Below, piece by piece: positions 45,297 through 46,369 of a stretch of DNA of 46,369 nt. The translations under genes and the position numbers were made by a program. Numbering within the stretch: the first letter of the stretch is position 1; each line of letters starts with the position of its first letter. The notes beneath the pieces were generated by a model. It saw only the letters and a program-made list of their open reading frames with translations. It made no database searches and had not been told where the DNA came from. Source of the stretch: Candidatus Enterousia onthequi (GTDB lineage Bacteria > Pseudomonadota > Alphaproteobacteria > Rs-D84); assembly GCA_018064365.1 (NCBI GenBank), contig JAGHVJ010000019.1, positions 1 to 46,369 of the forward strand, given 5' to 3'.

Positions 45297-46369
45297 ATGC
45301 ATAAAAAACATATATTTTTAAGAGTTTTTCAAAAAATCACCATTTTTGCATGTGTTTTTTGTGCATTTTCGGCATGGTCGGATACGACGACATGTGATAT
45401 AGATTTTACACCAGTTACGGGAAACAGTTGGCAAAACGGCACACCAACCCCAACAAATCCAGTTGCAATTGAATCAATCGGCACTAAGATTGGAAATAAA
45501 TATCAAATACCAGTAGTGGCACAGGGTAAGAATTTGTGTCCTTACCAAATAAGCGACTGGAAAACACACACAACACAAACTAGCGGTTATTGGAATTATA
45601 TAGTATCAAATCTTTTACCATCTACTAAATATACTTTAAGTATTTATTCTACTCAAACTTGCCCTCAAGCAGTAATTCGACTTACAGGTAGTAGTTCACC
45701 TTATAAAGTTATTCAAGAGGGTATAACAAGTGTAACAACAGATTCTAATGCAGATGGGACAATTACAATAGGTATGGATAATTATATTTGGGCTGGTGGA
45801 TATTCTAGATATTTAAGTAATATTCAACTTGAACAAGGTTCTGTTGCCACTTCCTACGCCCCATACGGACATAGCACAACCCCAATCTATCTGAACGCAC
45901 CACTGCGGAAAGTTGGTAATTACGCAGATGTTCTTGATTATAAAAACGGCACAATCACCCGTAATGTTGGTGTGAAAGTATTGGATGGGACTGAGAGTTG
46001 GAGTGGAACAACTGTTAGATTTAGCCTCGACATAGCAGATATGATGGGAACTGGAAGTGGTTGGGCAATATTTTGTTCTCATTACAAAGGATACCTAAGT
46101 TCGTCCCCAATAACCGATATGCCAGATTTATCGTGCAAAGCAAACCGAGCAAATTTATTGCTAAAAGACGCAAAGTTTAATGGGGATGTAACTGATTTCA
46201 AATCCTACCTTGCCCAGCAATACGCAAATGGCACACCTGTAACTATCTATTACCCATTGGCGACACCAGTGGTGGAGCAGATAGAAAACTGGTCATGTCC
46301 TGTACCGATAACGGATATAAAAATCGCAACAACCAAAATGGTTGACGAAGAATTTGCACAGGCAGAGGC
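45297..46369 (+). CDS. Signal-peptide protein resembling phage tail fibre / receptor-binding proteins; 5' part only, continuing past the window end
   Basis: My manual translation from ATG 45297 stays open to the window end (357 codons), so it is absent from the track. The N-terminus is MHKKHIFLRVFQKITIFACVFCAFSAW. Motifs: QNGTPTPTNPVAIESIG, GKNL, IQLEQGSVATSYAPYG, PLRKVGNYADVLDYKNGTITRNVG, LDGTESW. Confidence 0.8.
   Translation, partial: MHKKHIFLRVFQKITIFACVFCAFSAWSDTTTCDIDFTPVTGNSWQNGTPTPTNPVAIESIGTKIGNKYQIPVVAQGKNLCPYQISDWKTHTTQTSGYWNYIVSNLLPSTKYTLSIYSTQTCPQAVIRLTGSSSPYKVIQEGITSVTTDSNADGTITIGMDNYIWAGGYSRYLSNIQLEQGSVATSYAPYGHSTTPIYLNAPLRKVGNYADVLDYKNGTITRNVGVKVLDGTESWSGTTVRFSLDIADMMGTGSGWAIFCSHYKGYLSSSPITDMPDLSCKANRANLLLKDAKFNGDVTDFKSYLAQQYANGTPVTIYYPLATPVVEQIENWSCPVPITDIKIATTKMVDEEFAQAE

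Noticed and set aside
1-46369. A prophage, integrative element, IS element, CRISPR array or known defence system
   Set aside because: I found no integrase, transposase, terminase, capsid or portal genes, no terminal inverted repeats around any gene, no regularly spaced short repeats, and no nuclease, ATPase or Cas-like ORFs. The phage-like signals are restricted to fibre or RBP-type modules that carry export signals.

Overview
This is a low-GC, gene-dense bacterial chromosome segment using the standard genetic code, with TGA as a stop. The housekeeping backbone carries corA, argS, an EnvZ/OmpR-type two-component pair, ruvB, rlpA, ybgC-tolQ-tolR-tolA, secA, dnaE, rsmH, gpmI, tadA, rsmD, rplY(ctc), dnaK and pfk. 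The ORF track misses two RNA genes: tRNA-Pro(GGG) and, on the minus strand, RNase P RNA. Gene content, gene order and a sigma32-like dnaK promoter suggest a compact, probably host-associated Gram-negative, possibly an alphaproteobacterium; this is inference only. About 16.2 kb of the 46.4 kb window (roughly a third) encodes six large signal-peptide proteins with no enzymatic motifs. (1) Two tandem paralogous fibre proteins have phage-tail-fibre-like repeats, collagen-like G-X-Y tracts and Cys-rich globular domains; the one at 1..2526 is partial and the other is at 2923..6477. (2) A 1769-aa mosaic surface protein (17976..23285) combines Listeria/Bacteroides-type repeats, a domain nested inside one repeat, a PKD-like signature, BspA-like LRRs and eukaryote-like CxxC..GYY cysteine modules. 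(3) A four-gene operon of unknown function (31087..35970) encodes a CxxC membrane protein, a helical protein and two Cys-rich secreted proteins. (4) A phage receptor-binding-protein-like gene runs off the right edge (45297..46369) and is preceded by two 25-nt palindrome-containing repeats. I saw no integrase, transposase, CRISPR array, reverse transcriptase or phage structural module. My best candidate for something undescribed is therefore a set of domesticated tail-fibre-like or eukaryote-like surface proteins, together with the 31087..35970 operon, rather than a classical mobile element or defence island. All homology statements come from motif recognition by eye, not from database searches.
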